A stretch of 64,000 bases of DNA from Macrostomum lignano (taxonomy: Eukaryota). Below the pieces are notes generated by a model that worked only from the letters and a program-made list of their open reading frames with translations, was not told the origin of the DNA and ran no database searches. Position 1 is the stretch's first letter; each line of letters starts with the position of its first letter. Where the stretch lies: NCBI GenBank assembly GCA_002269645.1, contig NIVC01001013.1, forward strand, positions 309,142 through 373,141. The letters run 5' to 3'. The position numbers and the translations under genes are program-made. This document shows positions 10,873-20,483 of the stretch, in pieces.

Positions 10873-13800
10873 TTAGCTATTCATGACTTCATATATTTTA
10901 GCTACACCAGTGAGTTCTTTTCTGACTCTTTTTTCATTTGTAGCATATCCTATCTTGTGTATTTGATTGCTATTTAAGAGGTATTGACAGAAGTATTTTT
11001 TCCTGATCTCTTCAGTTTGTGGACATTCGGTCAAGTAGTGTAGAATGTCAGAACCATTTCGCGCTCCACACAATTTACATGGTTCTTGAGAAAAAAAGTT
11101 GGGTGTAATCTCGCATTTCAGTTTTAGGAGGGTTGTTAAGAATTTTTTGTTTCTAAATGTACATGGGAAGTAATCTGAAAGGTCGGGCCTGCAGATTTTT
11201 TTGTAGAGATAGGCGTTTTTGTAGAGTTTAATATGTTGCTGATTCTCTAGCTTTTGGCTAAGTTCTCTTTCTCTGTGTATCTTGAGGTGCTTTTTCACTA
11301 GGTATTTCTCGCTATTAAAGCTTTGGGAAAGTTTATCTTCAGTTAGTGCTTTTAGGTCTATACTTTCTAGTTTCTTTAGTACATTCATTTTCCATGGATT
11401 TTTTTGGCCGGTGCTTGAGTAGAAAATTTCTAGAGTCGTTTGGCAGAGTTTTTTGTGTCTAATCTTCAGCCAGTAGATGAGGTAGGTTTTAGCGATTCGT
11501 TGAGAGATTGGAGTAAGCTCAAGTTCTGATGATATCACACTGTTGCTAGCAAATTTTGGTAGATTGAGGAGATATTTGTAGAATTTCAGCTGAATATTAT
11601 CAATAGCTTTTGTATCAGACATGGTAGCCAGAGGGCCCCAGAGCTCACAACCGTAAGTGATAACGGGGGTAACAAGCGCGTCAAATAGTCTGCGAATGAG
11701 TGTGATGTCTAGGGACGTATTCTTTACCCTATGGAGTAGGGAAAACATGGCTGTATATCCCTGCTTAGTTTGGTGTTCAATACATTTTTTAAAGCTGTTT
11801 TTTGGTTCAAAAATAATTCCCAGGTATTTAAATTCATTTACTTCTTCTATTTCTTGGTTGTCGTAGTATATTTTTGTAGCAATGCTATCTGTGTCGTTTT
11901 TTTGTCTGGTATTGCCCTGCATAAACTTTGTTTTGCTTGCGTTTACTTTCAAGTAATTTTGTTTGCAGTAATTTTCCATAGTCGTAAATGTGTCTTGAAG
12001 TTCGTCTTTGTTTTTAGCTAGAATGGCTTGATCGTCTGCAAAGAGTAGGATGAGTGGGAAAGCAGATCTCGTAAGAGAGCGCCTAGCGCTAGAGAGTTCC
12101 AGATATTCAACAATGTCGTCAATATATAGTTCAAAAAGAATGGTAGAGAGAGGGTTGCCTTGAAGAACACCTTTAGATATTGGGATTGGCTGGGTTTCAT
12201 CATCATCATCATCTTTTTTTAGAATGAAGCAGGCATTTTTATGCATGTTCTTGATAAGTTCCATCATTTGACCTTTAATACCCTGATTATCCGTTTTGCA
12301 CCAAAGGGTCGGTTGATTTAAGCTATCGAAGGCTTTTTCATAGTCAACAAATCCAATAAAGAGTTCTTCTTTGTTGTAGATGGATTGGTTTATAATGTTG
12401 TAAAGATTAAAACATTGGTCGATTGTGCTGTGATTGGGCTTGAAACCGTATTGGTATTTTGATATAAGATTGTTTGTGTATGCTAGGTTTTCGAGTCTGG
12501 ATTTAATAATTTGGCAAAACAGCTTGCCAAGAATTGGTTGAATGCAGATTCCTCTGTAATTGTTGGGGTCGGCACTGCTGCCTTTGTTTTTATAAATCGG
12601 ATGAAGTGTATTTGTTATCCAACTAGTTGGGAAGGTTCCTTGTTTGAGTGCTTCGTTGAAAAGTGAGCATAGGAGGTCAGCAAGTTCGTTCTCGAGGTAT
12701 TTGAGTGTTTCTACATATACTTTATCGTGCCCAGGTGCTTTGTCGGTTTTGAGCTTTTTGATATGTTTTATAATTTCTTCTTTGGTGAATGGGGCATTGA
12801 AATCCTCTAAATCAGCCAGGATAGGGTTGTCAAGGTGAAGATCGTATGATAGTCTAATGCTGCTGTCTTGTTCAGTTACAAGATTTTGAAAGTGTATGAC
12901 AAATTTTTCATCAATTGTTACTCTGTTGTTTGAGGGATTTGGTGTTTTTAATAAGTTCCAAAGTTGTTTTGTATCGTTTTGAATAAAGGCCTGGTTGATC
13001 ATGTTGTCTGCACAGAGAGTTGTTTCAAATTTCCATGAAGTGAGCTTTTTTTCGTATGCTTTTTTGAGTTGTACTTTGCTTGAGAGGTTGTTGGGAGTAG
13101 GGAAGGTTTTATATCTTCTGCAGGCATGTCTAGCAGCGTTTTTTAAGTCTTTAAGGAAGCGAGGCAGAGTTGAGCATAGTGGGTTCTTTATCTCTACTGT
13201 GATGTTGTTTTGAATTTGTCTAACTTTTCTACTTAATTCATTTATAAAAGCTGGGTTTTGTATGTCTAGATTTGTGATTTTGTCATGCATGTTTTTCAGG
13301 TCATTTGCGAAGTTATTGATATGTTTTTCTTGTTGCAGGTTGGGTTTATGTGACTTTTTTAGGACTCTGTATCTCGTTTTCGAGTTATTGGTTGCTTGTT
13401 TAGTTTCTGTGATTTCCTCTGTGAATTCACTTGATAAGGAGAGCACTATTTGGTTGTGGTCGCTAAAGTAGGTGTGGTTCTTTACTTTAAAGTCTTCGAG
13501 GTGTTGGAGTAAGCTGGTAGAGACGAAACAGAGATCTATAACAGAGGAACCAGATTTTGAGAGAAAGGTGAATTCACCATTTGTGTCTGATAGTGATCTA
13601 CCATTGATTAGATGCAGGTTGTATGAGTCAGTAATCTGGTTAAGTAGTCTACCATTTTTGCAGTTTTTCTTGTCTTGGCTTTGTCTAGTAAGTGAGATGT
13701 TTTTTGCTCTGGTGGTATATATTGAATTTAAATCTATGTATGAGGTATTGTTTATATGAGCATTGAAGTCTCCAATAAGGAAGATGTTTTCTTCGGAGTG

Positions 13801-14007
13801 ATAAGCATCAAGGAGAATTGTTAGCTGTTCCCAATTTTCTTCTTCATAATATTTTGAAGACAGTGGGGGTATATAGGAGTTTATTAAGGTGAATGTTTTG
13901 TTTTTATCCTTTTTGTGTTTAAAATTTAGCGTCAAGAAGTTTTTATAATGTTTGAATGATTCTGTAACATTGTATTGTGTATCTAGTGACTTTTTGTAAG
14001 CTGTCAA
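10873..14007 (-). CDS. LINE ORF2: AP endonuclease (C-terminal part), reverse transcriptase and CCHC zinc knuckle; 1044 stop-free codons
   Basis: Endonuclease motifs YIPP, IGDFNAH, SVIDLCF, SDH. RT motifs KAPGHD, NYRGI, QYGF, DYEKAFD, QGNPLS, LFADD, FKYLG. C-terminal CKLC-x8-HYLTEC. Confidence 0.9.
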   Translation of the reverse strand: MTAYKKSLDTQYNVTESFKHYKNFLTLNFKHKKDKNKTFTLINSYIPPLSSKYYEEENWEQLTILLDAYHSEENIFLIGDFNAHINNTSYIDLNSIYTTRAKNISLTRQSQDKKNCKNGRLLNQITDSYNLHLINGRSLSDTNGEFTFLSKSGSSVIDLCFVSTSLLQHLEDFKVKNHTYFSDHNQIVLSLSSEFTEEITETKQATNNSKTRYRVLKKSHKPNLQQEKHINNFANDLKNMHDKITNLDIQNPAFINELSRKVRQIQNNITVEIKNPLCSTLPRFLKDLKNAARHACRRYKTFPTPNNLSSKVQLKKAYEKKLTSWKFETTLCADNMINQAFIQNDTKQLWNLLKTPNPSNNRVTIDEKFVIHFQNLVTEQDSSIRLSYDLHLDNPILADLEDFNAPFTKEEIIKHIKKLKTDKAPGHDKVYVETLKYLENELADLLCSLFNEALKQGTFPTSWITNTLHPIYKNKGSSADPNNYRGICIQPILGKLFCQIIKSRLENLAYTNNLISKYQYGFKPNHSTIDQCFNLYNIINQSIYNKEELFIGFVDYEKAFDSLNQPTLWCKTDNQGIKGQMMELIKNMHKNACFILKKDDDDDETQPIPISKGVLQGNPLSTILFELYIDDIVEYLELSSARRSLTRSAFPLILLFADDQAILAKNKDELQDTFTTMENYCKQNYLKVNASKTKFMQGNTRQKNDTDSIATKIYYDNQEIEEVNEFKYLGIIFEPKNSFKKCIEHQTKQGYTAMFSLLHRVKNTSLDITLIRRLFDALVTPVITYGCELWGPLATMSDTKAIDNIQLKFYKYLLNLPKFASNSVISSELELTPISQRIAKTYLIYWLKIRHKKLCQTTLEIFYSSTGQKNPWKMNVLKKLESIDLKALTEDKLSQSFNSEKYLVKKHLKIHRERELSQKLENQQHIKLYKNAYLYKKICRPDLSDYFPCTFRNKKFLTTLLKLKCEITPNFFSQEPCKLCGARNGSDILHYLTECPQTEEIRKKYFCQYLLNSNQIHKIGYATNEKRVRKELTGVAKIYEVMNS

Positions 14008-14110
14008 TAATCCACCAGAAGCTCTGCCAACGAATTTACAGCCTTATGAAGAAACATCTGCGCAAAAGTTTTGAAGAAAAAGAATGCTACATAATAACAA
14101 AGTTGCTATA
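10873..14110 (-). mobile_element. APE-type non-LTR retrotransposon (LINE), clade uncertain; 5' end degenerate
   Basis: Contains ORF2 (next feature). An upstream GRASGG endonuclease motif is in frame up to a TAA at 14044-14046. No clear ORF1, tail or TSD was seen. Confidence 0.9.
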
Positions 14111-14548
14111 ATTAATAACCTACTAAAGGAACCTATAACCTAAATATATAACTGAAAGCTAGGTTTTAGCAGAGAAGTTACGCATTAGAAGCTGGCATGA
14201 CGGTTCCTAGATTTAAACTTTGCGGTGCGGTCACATAACTCGGGGCTCAAGCTAAGGCTAGCAGAGGTTGGTTTTGACTTTTGAAGAGGTATCACTGCAA
14301 GGTCATGGGTTCTAAAATTTACTCCTAAAGCAGCCTGGCAGGCGCGGATCCAGAGTTTATTTCTGAAGGCCAGTCTACGGTGAAATTAAGCTCTTTGTAA
14401 TTAATCAGTAATCAGTATTGCATGCATCAGAAAAAGAATCGTCATATAATGACAGAAATATGCACAAGTAACATATGCAGTGTAAATTTAGCTATTTTTT
14501 GGCCCGGGTGACGGGTGAGGGGGCATACATAAGGGGTTTCCGAATTTT

Positions 14549-14765
14549 GAATACCAGCGGCCGTTTTAGCAAGTAGACTGCAGCGCCTGACTGCGGAAGC
14601 GACGACTTTTTACTGCTGCCAGACATTTTACGCCGTCGATTTACATGTGAACTTACATGTACAAATATACATGAAAGTTAGGGATAGGATTAGGGTTGGC
14701 AGTCAATTTATGGCATTTAAATGTTCGGCAGTCTAATTGCTGTTCGGCAGTCTAACCGGGTATTC
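14549..14765. mobile_element. Possible small MITE
   Basis: GAATACC...TAGACTGC at the left and GCAGTCTAACCGGGTATTC at the right are partly complementary, with an internal GTTAGGG-like motif. No TSD. Confidence 0.35.
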
Positions 14766-14996
14766 TGTTGTTTAGTGATGGCGAGAAAGCGAGAGATTTT
14801 TTTACATATCTAAATGTCCATATCATACTGCCTCCGCGTTATGTTTCAATCCATGTGTGCAATTTTGGATAGAAAGTTATTGCCTCTCCCATCTACAAAG
14901 GAGATCGATCGATCGATTGCGGCAGATCACGGCGACGTAAAAGTAGCGATCCTAGCTATACGTATGAGGAGTCCAGATGTAGCTCGGATGCATTTA

Positions 14997-15230
14997 TGAG
15001 GGACATTCAAAAAGTTCGTGGCCTCATGCACTTATGCCCAAGCTTCAGCTTTAGGACCATAGAAGCATACATCCTCGGCCCTCGCCCGCCTCATTCGAGC
15101 GGCAGCATGCAGATTCTCTCTTTTTTCTTACTTGGAAGCAAATTCTCTATCATGCTCTTGCACAGCATTCTCTCTATAGCATAGCTCGAGCAAAAGTGCA
15201 TGAGGCCATGGACTTTTTGAATGTCCCTCG
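14997..15230. mobile_element. Mariner-derived MITE, 234 bp
   Basis: About 47-bp TIRs (TGAGGGACATTCAAAAAGTTCGTGGCCTCATGCAC / GTGCATGAGGCCATGGACTTTTTGAATGTCCCTCG), TA on both sides. The TIR is related to that of the mariner at 5914. Confidence 0.88.
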
Positions 15231-15758
15231 TATAAACTTGATCCAAGTAGCTATAAATCACAGAAGTTACACAGAAATTTCTGTGCTACATGTATAAATG
15301 GCGGTTTTTGAGCGTATTTTTAACTGCAGTGTCAGGTGAACACGTCAGGTGACCCTGTTATGATATGAGAGCCACTACGCAATCTCTTGGTTGGGTTTGA
15401 GACTTTCATTCGTCCCACTGCACAATGCAAACTGTAAAGACCTTTTTCAGCTGTCTAGAGACTTCTGCTGGCTCATTGCTGGTTGCGCTCACAAGATCAA
15501 TACTTAATATATGCGAGCTACTCAACTCGAGGATTAACAGACGTACAGTCGTACATTGACATGTATAAGCTCTGAGGGTGTATAGACGGTTGCTTTTATT
15601 GAACGATTGCAGCATTCGCCAGTTGTCTAAAAGGAAACTACAATAGCAGTATACGAGCGTATATCGCGGTTGTAGTGAAACGTCTTTCAAAACGTGAAAT
15701 CAAGAGGATAGATTTAAGCTACTACTCAGCAGAAGATTATTTATAAGTATCAGTCGGC

Positions 15759-18497
15759 ATGCATCATCTGCAGTGGTTATTGATCCTACTAGTATGCATC
15801 GGAGCCGCTAGCGCAGCGTCAACCGACTGCGCCAACTCTGATCATGCGTGGCGCGTCATCTGGAAAGCATCTGGCAACCAGCTTCAGCTTAATTTGGCTC
15901 CGCCTCTGCTAAAGAAGCAAAACTCGACAGCCGGCCGCCTGATGCCGAAGCGCCTGTTGCTGAAACGCCATTCGTCCTCAGTATCCACGGTAGGGAAGAG
16001 CGGCAAGGTGAGAACCGACCGGTACAAACTGAATTCCAGTAGTTCAATTCAAGCTACGGCAACTGTTGTGCACCCGAAATTCGGCGGTCCCGACCTACTG
16101 GCAGGTCTGGTTCGAATGAACTCGAACGGTAGCCGTCACAGCGTCATCTCGCTGGCTATTCACGGAGCTGCCGGGCGTGGCTTCGCCTGCCAGCTGAATT
16201 CAAGCAGCAAGTCTGCCAAAGAAGTCACCTTGACATCGTCAGGAGGGAGTGACGCTTCAGGCAGCGGCGGAGCAGCCGTGCTGGAGCTTCGCCTGGATCT
16301 GGACCCGTCGGTGTGGCGTCATTTCTCTTCATCGCCAGACGGTGCACAAGCGGCCGCCACCAGCTACTTCGGTGCCGTATTTGGCATAGTCAACCGGGCT
16401 TTGGCAGCTGTCGGCATCCAGATCCGCTGGGTGCTGGGCCGCTCGAGGGCCTACGCCAGCCTGAAGGCGCCTGGAATTGCCTATTTGAGACAGTTCGGAC
16501 AGCGAGTCCCAGCTCTGCAGCTGCTGCTCAGCATGGAGGCTCTGGCCGACTGGCAAAAGGACGATAGGGGCGGCTACGATCACCACATGCTGATTACCCG
16601 GGACCGGAGCCTCCTGCCGCCGGCCAGCTTGGGCCCGAAGCCCAAGGGGGCCCGCCTGATCGGCCTGTCCTATGTGGCTTCAGCCTGCCAGCCGAACTCT
16701 CGGTCAGTGATCACCGACCTGTATCCGGCCGCCACTGCCAGGCTCATTGCTCACGAGCTTGGTCACGTGCTTGGTGAGTGCCTTGCAAAAAATCCACATA
16801 CTTCACGATGTTGTAACGCAGAAAGTGTCAGGAGAGTCAGCAAGAGTGACAGAGATGCTGATACAGAAAGTGTCAGGAGAGTCAGCAGGAGTGACAGAGA
16901 TGCTGATACAGAATGTGTCAGGAGAGACAGAGATGCTGATACAGAAAGTGTCAGGAGAGACAGAGATGCTGATACAGAAAGTGTCAGGAGAGACAGAGAT
17001 GCTGATACAGAAAGTGTCAGAAGAGTCAATAGAGACAGAGATGCTGATACAGAAAGTGTCAGAAGAGTCAATAGAGACAGAGATGCCGATACAGAAAGTG
17101 TCAGGAGAGTCAGTAGGAGAGACAGAGATGCTGATACAGAAAGTGTCAGGAGAGTCAATAGAGACAGAGATGCCGATACAGAAAGTGTCAGGAGAGTCAA
17201 TAGAGACAGAGATGCCGATACAGAAAGTGTCAGGAGAGTCAGTAGGAGAGACAGAGATGCCGATACAGAAAGTGTCAGGAGAGTCAATAGAGACAGAGAT
17301 GCTGATACAGAAAGTGTCAGGAGAGTCAGCAGGAGAGACAGAGATGCTGATACAGAAAGTGTCAGGAGAGACAGAGATGCTGATACAGAAAGTGTCAGGA
17401 GAGACAGAGATGCTGATACAGAATGTGTCAGGAGAGTCAATAGAGACAGAGATGCTGATACAGAAAGTGTCAGAAGAGTCAATAGAGACAGAGATGCCGA
17501 TACAGAAAGTGTCAGGAGAGTCAATAGAGACAGAGATGCTGATACAGAAAGTGTCAGGAGAGTCAGCAGGAGAGACAGAGATGCTGATACAGAAAGTGTC
17601 AGGAGAGACAGAGATGCTGATACAGAAAGTGTCAGGAGAGACAGAGATGCTGATACAGAAAGTGTCAGGAGAGACAGAGATGCTGATACAGAAAGTGTCA
17701 GGAGAGTCAGCAGGAGAGACAGAGATGCTGATACAGAAAGTGTCAGGAGAGTCAAGAGAGTCAGAGATGCTGATACAGAAAGTGTCAGGAGAGTCAGCAG
17801 GAGAGACAGAGATGCTGATACAGAAAGTGTCAGGAGAGTCAAGAGAGTCAGAGATGCTGATACAGAAAGTGTCAGGAGAGTCAGCAGGAGAGACAGAGAT
17901 GCTGATACAGAAAGTGTCAGGAGAGTCAAGAGAGACAGAGATGCAAGGAAGCTCGGGGATTTTCCACAAAATTCCGCTTGCTATCTTCCAGGAGCCACAG
18001 ACTCGCCGCCAAACAGCAGCAGGGAGGCGAACTACCTGATGGAGAGCGATCAGTCACGTCCCGCCCACCTGTCTCGCCTGTCGCGCCTATTCACATATTC
18101 GGCAGCTTCGCGGAGTCAAATTAAAAAGTTCTTATCCAGCTCGAGAGCCGGATGTCTGCGCAAGCTTAGCAACCCAGCCAGTCAGCTCTGGGTGCCGGAG
18201 GGTCCTGCTGGCTCAGCCGAGGACCAGTGCCGCCACATGCGCCAGCTGGCGTTCGCGGGGCCAACCGCCCACGCCAAGATTCTGTCGCCGCCAAAAACAA
18301 CCCGGTACCTCTGCCGGCCTGTGCGGTGCAGCAACGGCAGCCACTCGGCCAGGCTGCTGCTGATGCCCGGCACTCTGTGCATTCCGCGCAATAAGAAAAG
18401 CCGTTGCCAGATGAACATGATCTGCTCCGGGGGGAACAGGGAAATAGTGGAACAGGGAAACAGGGAAACAGGGGGAACAGGGGGAACAGGCAAATAG
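15759..18497 (+). CDS. Secreted M12B (reprolysin; ADAM/ADAMTS-like) metalloprotease, about 506 aa spliced (exons 15759-16773, 17992-18497)
   Basis: Signal peptide MHHLQWLLILLVCIGAASA. Catalytic-domain motifs LELRLDLD, YDHHMLIT, IGLSYVASAC and IAHELGHVLG. Donor G|GTGAGT and acceptor tcttccAG. Exon 2 has a Met-turn (YLM), YSAASRSQIKKFLSSSRAGCL and a Cys-rich ADAMTS disintegrin-like segment. The 3' end is uncertain. Confidence 0.8.
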   Translation: MHHLQWLLILLVCIGAASAASTDCANSDHAWRVIWKASGNQLQLNLAPPLLKKQNSTAGRLMPKRLLLKRHSSSVSTVGKSGKVRTDRYKLNSSSSIQATATVVHPKFGGPDLLAGLVRMNSNGSRHSVISLAIHGAAGRGFACQLNSSSKSAKEVTLTSSGGSDASGSGGAAVLELRLDLDPSVWRHFSSSPDGAQAAATSYFGAVFGIVNRALAAVGIQIRWVLGRSRAYASLKAPGIAYLRQFGQRVPALQLLLSMEALADWQKDDRGGYDHHMLITRDRSLLPPASLGPKPKGARLIGLSYVASACQPNSRSVITDLYPAATARLIAHELGHVLGECLAKNPHTSRCCNAESVRRVSKSDRDADTESVRRVSRSDRDADTECVRRDRDADTESVRRDRDADTESVRRDRDADTESVRRVNRDRDADTESVRRVNRDRDADTESVRRVSRRDRDADTESVRRVNRDRDADTESVRRVNRDRDADTESVRRVSRRDRDADTESVRRVNRDRDADTESVRRVSRRDRDADTESVRRDRDADTESVRRDRDADTECVRRVNRDRDADTESVRRVNRDRDADTESVRRVNRDRDADTESVRRVSRRDRDADTESVRRDRDADTESVRRDRDADTESVRRDRDADTESVRRVSRRDRDADTESVRRVKRVRDADTESVRRVSRRDRDADTESVRRVKRVRDADTESVRRVSRRDRDADTESVRRVKRDRDARKLGDFPQNSACYLPGATDSPPNSSREANYLMESDQSRPAHLSRLSRLFTYSAASRSQIKKFLSSSRAGCLRKLSNPASQLWVPEGPAGSAEDQCRHMRQLAFAGPTAHAKILSPPKTTRYLCRPVRCSNGSHSARLLLMPGTLCIPRNKKSRCQMNMICSGGNREIVEQGNRETGGTGGTGK
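16820..17945. repeat. 33/42/45-bp minisatellite filling the protease intron (GAGACAGAGATGCTGATACAGAAAGTGTCAGGA core)
   Basis: Direct repetition; all unit lengths are multiples of 3. Confidence 0.95.
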
Positions 18498-19682
18498 TAG
18501 AACAGGGAAACAGGGAAACAGGGGGAACAGGGGAATAGGGGAGCAGGGGAACAGGGGAACAGGGAAACAAGGGGAACAGGGGGAACAGGCAAATAGTGGA
18601 ACAGGGAAACAGGGAAACAGGGGGAACAGGGGAATAGGGGAGCAGGGGAACAGGGGAACAGGGAAACAAGGGGAACAGGGGGAACAGGCAAATAGTGGAA
18701 CAGGGAAACAGGGAAACAGGGGGAACAGGGGAATAGGGGAGCAGGGGAACAGGGGAACAGGGAAACAAGGGGAACAGGGGGAACAGGCAAATAGTGGAAC
18801 AGGGAAACAGGGAAACAGGGGGAACAGGGGAATAGGGGAACAGGGGAACAGGGGAACAGGGGAACAGGAGGAACAGGGGAACAGGGGAACAGGGGAACAG
18901 GGAAACAAGGGGAACAGGGGGAACAGGCAAATAGTGGAACAGGGAAACAGGGAAACAGGGGAACAGGGGAATAGGGGAACAGGGGAACAGGGGAACAGGG
19001 GAACAGGAGGAACAGGGGAACAGGGGAACAGGGGAACAGGAGAATAGTGGAACAGGGGAACAGGGAAACAGGGAAACAGGGGAACAGGGGAACAGGGGGA
19101 ACAGGGGGAACAGGGGAACAGGGAGAACAGGCGAATAGTGAAAGAGGGGAACAGGGGGAACAGGGGAACAGGGGGAACAGGAGAATAGTGAAACAGGGGA
19201 ACAGGGAAACAGGGGGAACAGGGGAACAGGGGAACAGGGGAACAGGGAAACAGGGAAACAAGAGAACAGGGGAACATGTAGGGGAACATGTAGGGGAGCA
19301 GGGGAACAGGGGAACAGGGGAACAGGGGAACAGGGGAACAGGGGGAGCAGGGGAACAGGGGAGCAGGGGAACAGGGGAGCAGGGGAACAGGGGAGCAGGG
19401 GAACAGGGGAGCAGGGGAACAGGGGAACAGGGGAACAGGGGAGCTGGGGAACAGGGGAGCAGTGGAACAGGGGAGCAGGGGAACAGGGGAACAGGGGAAC
19501 AGGGGATCAGGGGAACAGGGGATCAGGGGAACAGGGGATCAGGGGAACAGGGGAGCAGGGGAATAGGGGAGCAGGGGAACAGGGGATCAGGGGAACAGGG
19601 GATCAGGGGAACAGGGGATCAGGGGAACAGGGGAGCAGGGGAACATGGAGAATAAGGGAACAGGAGAACAAAGGAACACTAG
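18431..19682. repeat. Purine-rich (GGGGAACAG)n-type satellite
   Basis: 8-10-bp units with higher-order blocks; almost no T on the + strand. Confidence 0.95.
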
Positions 19683-20483
19683 GAACGAAGTTAAGGATTG
19701 GCACTGCCTAGTACATATACGATGTGTTAAATTCGGCAGGTTTAAGCATGCCAACTCATTAGCACACATGGGATGGCTGCCTCACATCCTCCACTGTGTA
19801 CTTACAGTAGTTTATATGAGGTCTATATCAAAAATCAATAGCCCTATATACTCGTACATACTATGGATTATACCTATGTATTATTAAATTTAACCAATAA
19901 ACCGATTTGAAATGCATGGACCCTCACAGTCATTGTGTTGTACTGTTATTAACTGAAGTACCTGGTTACATGAACATCGTGAACATGCTATAGTCATTAT
20001 AGTTCCACTGATCCCATTGTACCATCTTGGTAAGTGGATAAGTATATAGATTTAGGCCGATCATCATTAATTGGTCGAGTCGATGGAATAGCAGAACTTT
20101 TTAACCAATCTCAAGATTTGATTATTTCCTATGCAAAAGCGACAAGTCACATTGCTTCCATGTTAATTATTTTATTTCAAACTTTAAAAAATTAAAGGTT
20201 TAACAAAATCGTCAATTGGCGATATGCCTCAATGTAAAATTATGTAAACGACAAAAAACGCGTACAGGAAAAGCCGGAATTGCACAAAGCCTAGGCTGAA
20301 ACACAAAATGGAAATGAATAAGAAAGAACGGACATTTAAAGGTGAAACAACAGCTATGTAATTATCTAACAAAATCATTGGTGCGAGGGAATGCAAAGCT
20401 TAGATTAGATGAATCAGCTTGCTTTTGCGATCCACCAGAATAAGCCCGGTTTGGGATTTTCTTAGCAATTGTCTATGGGACGT

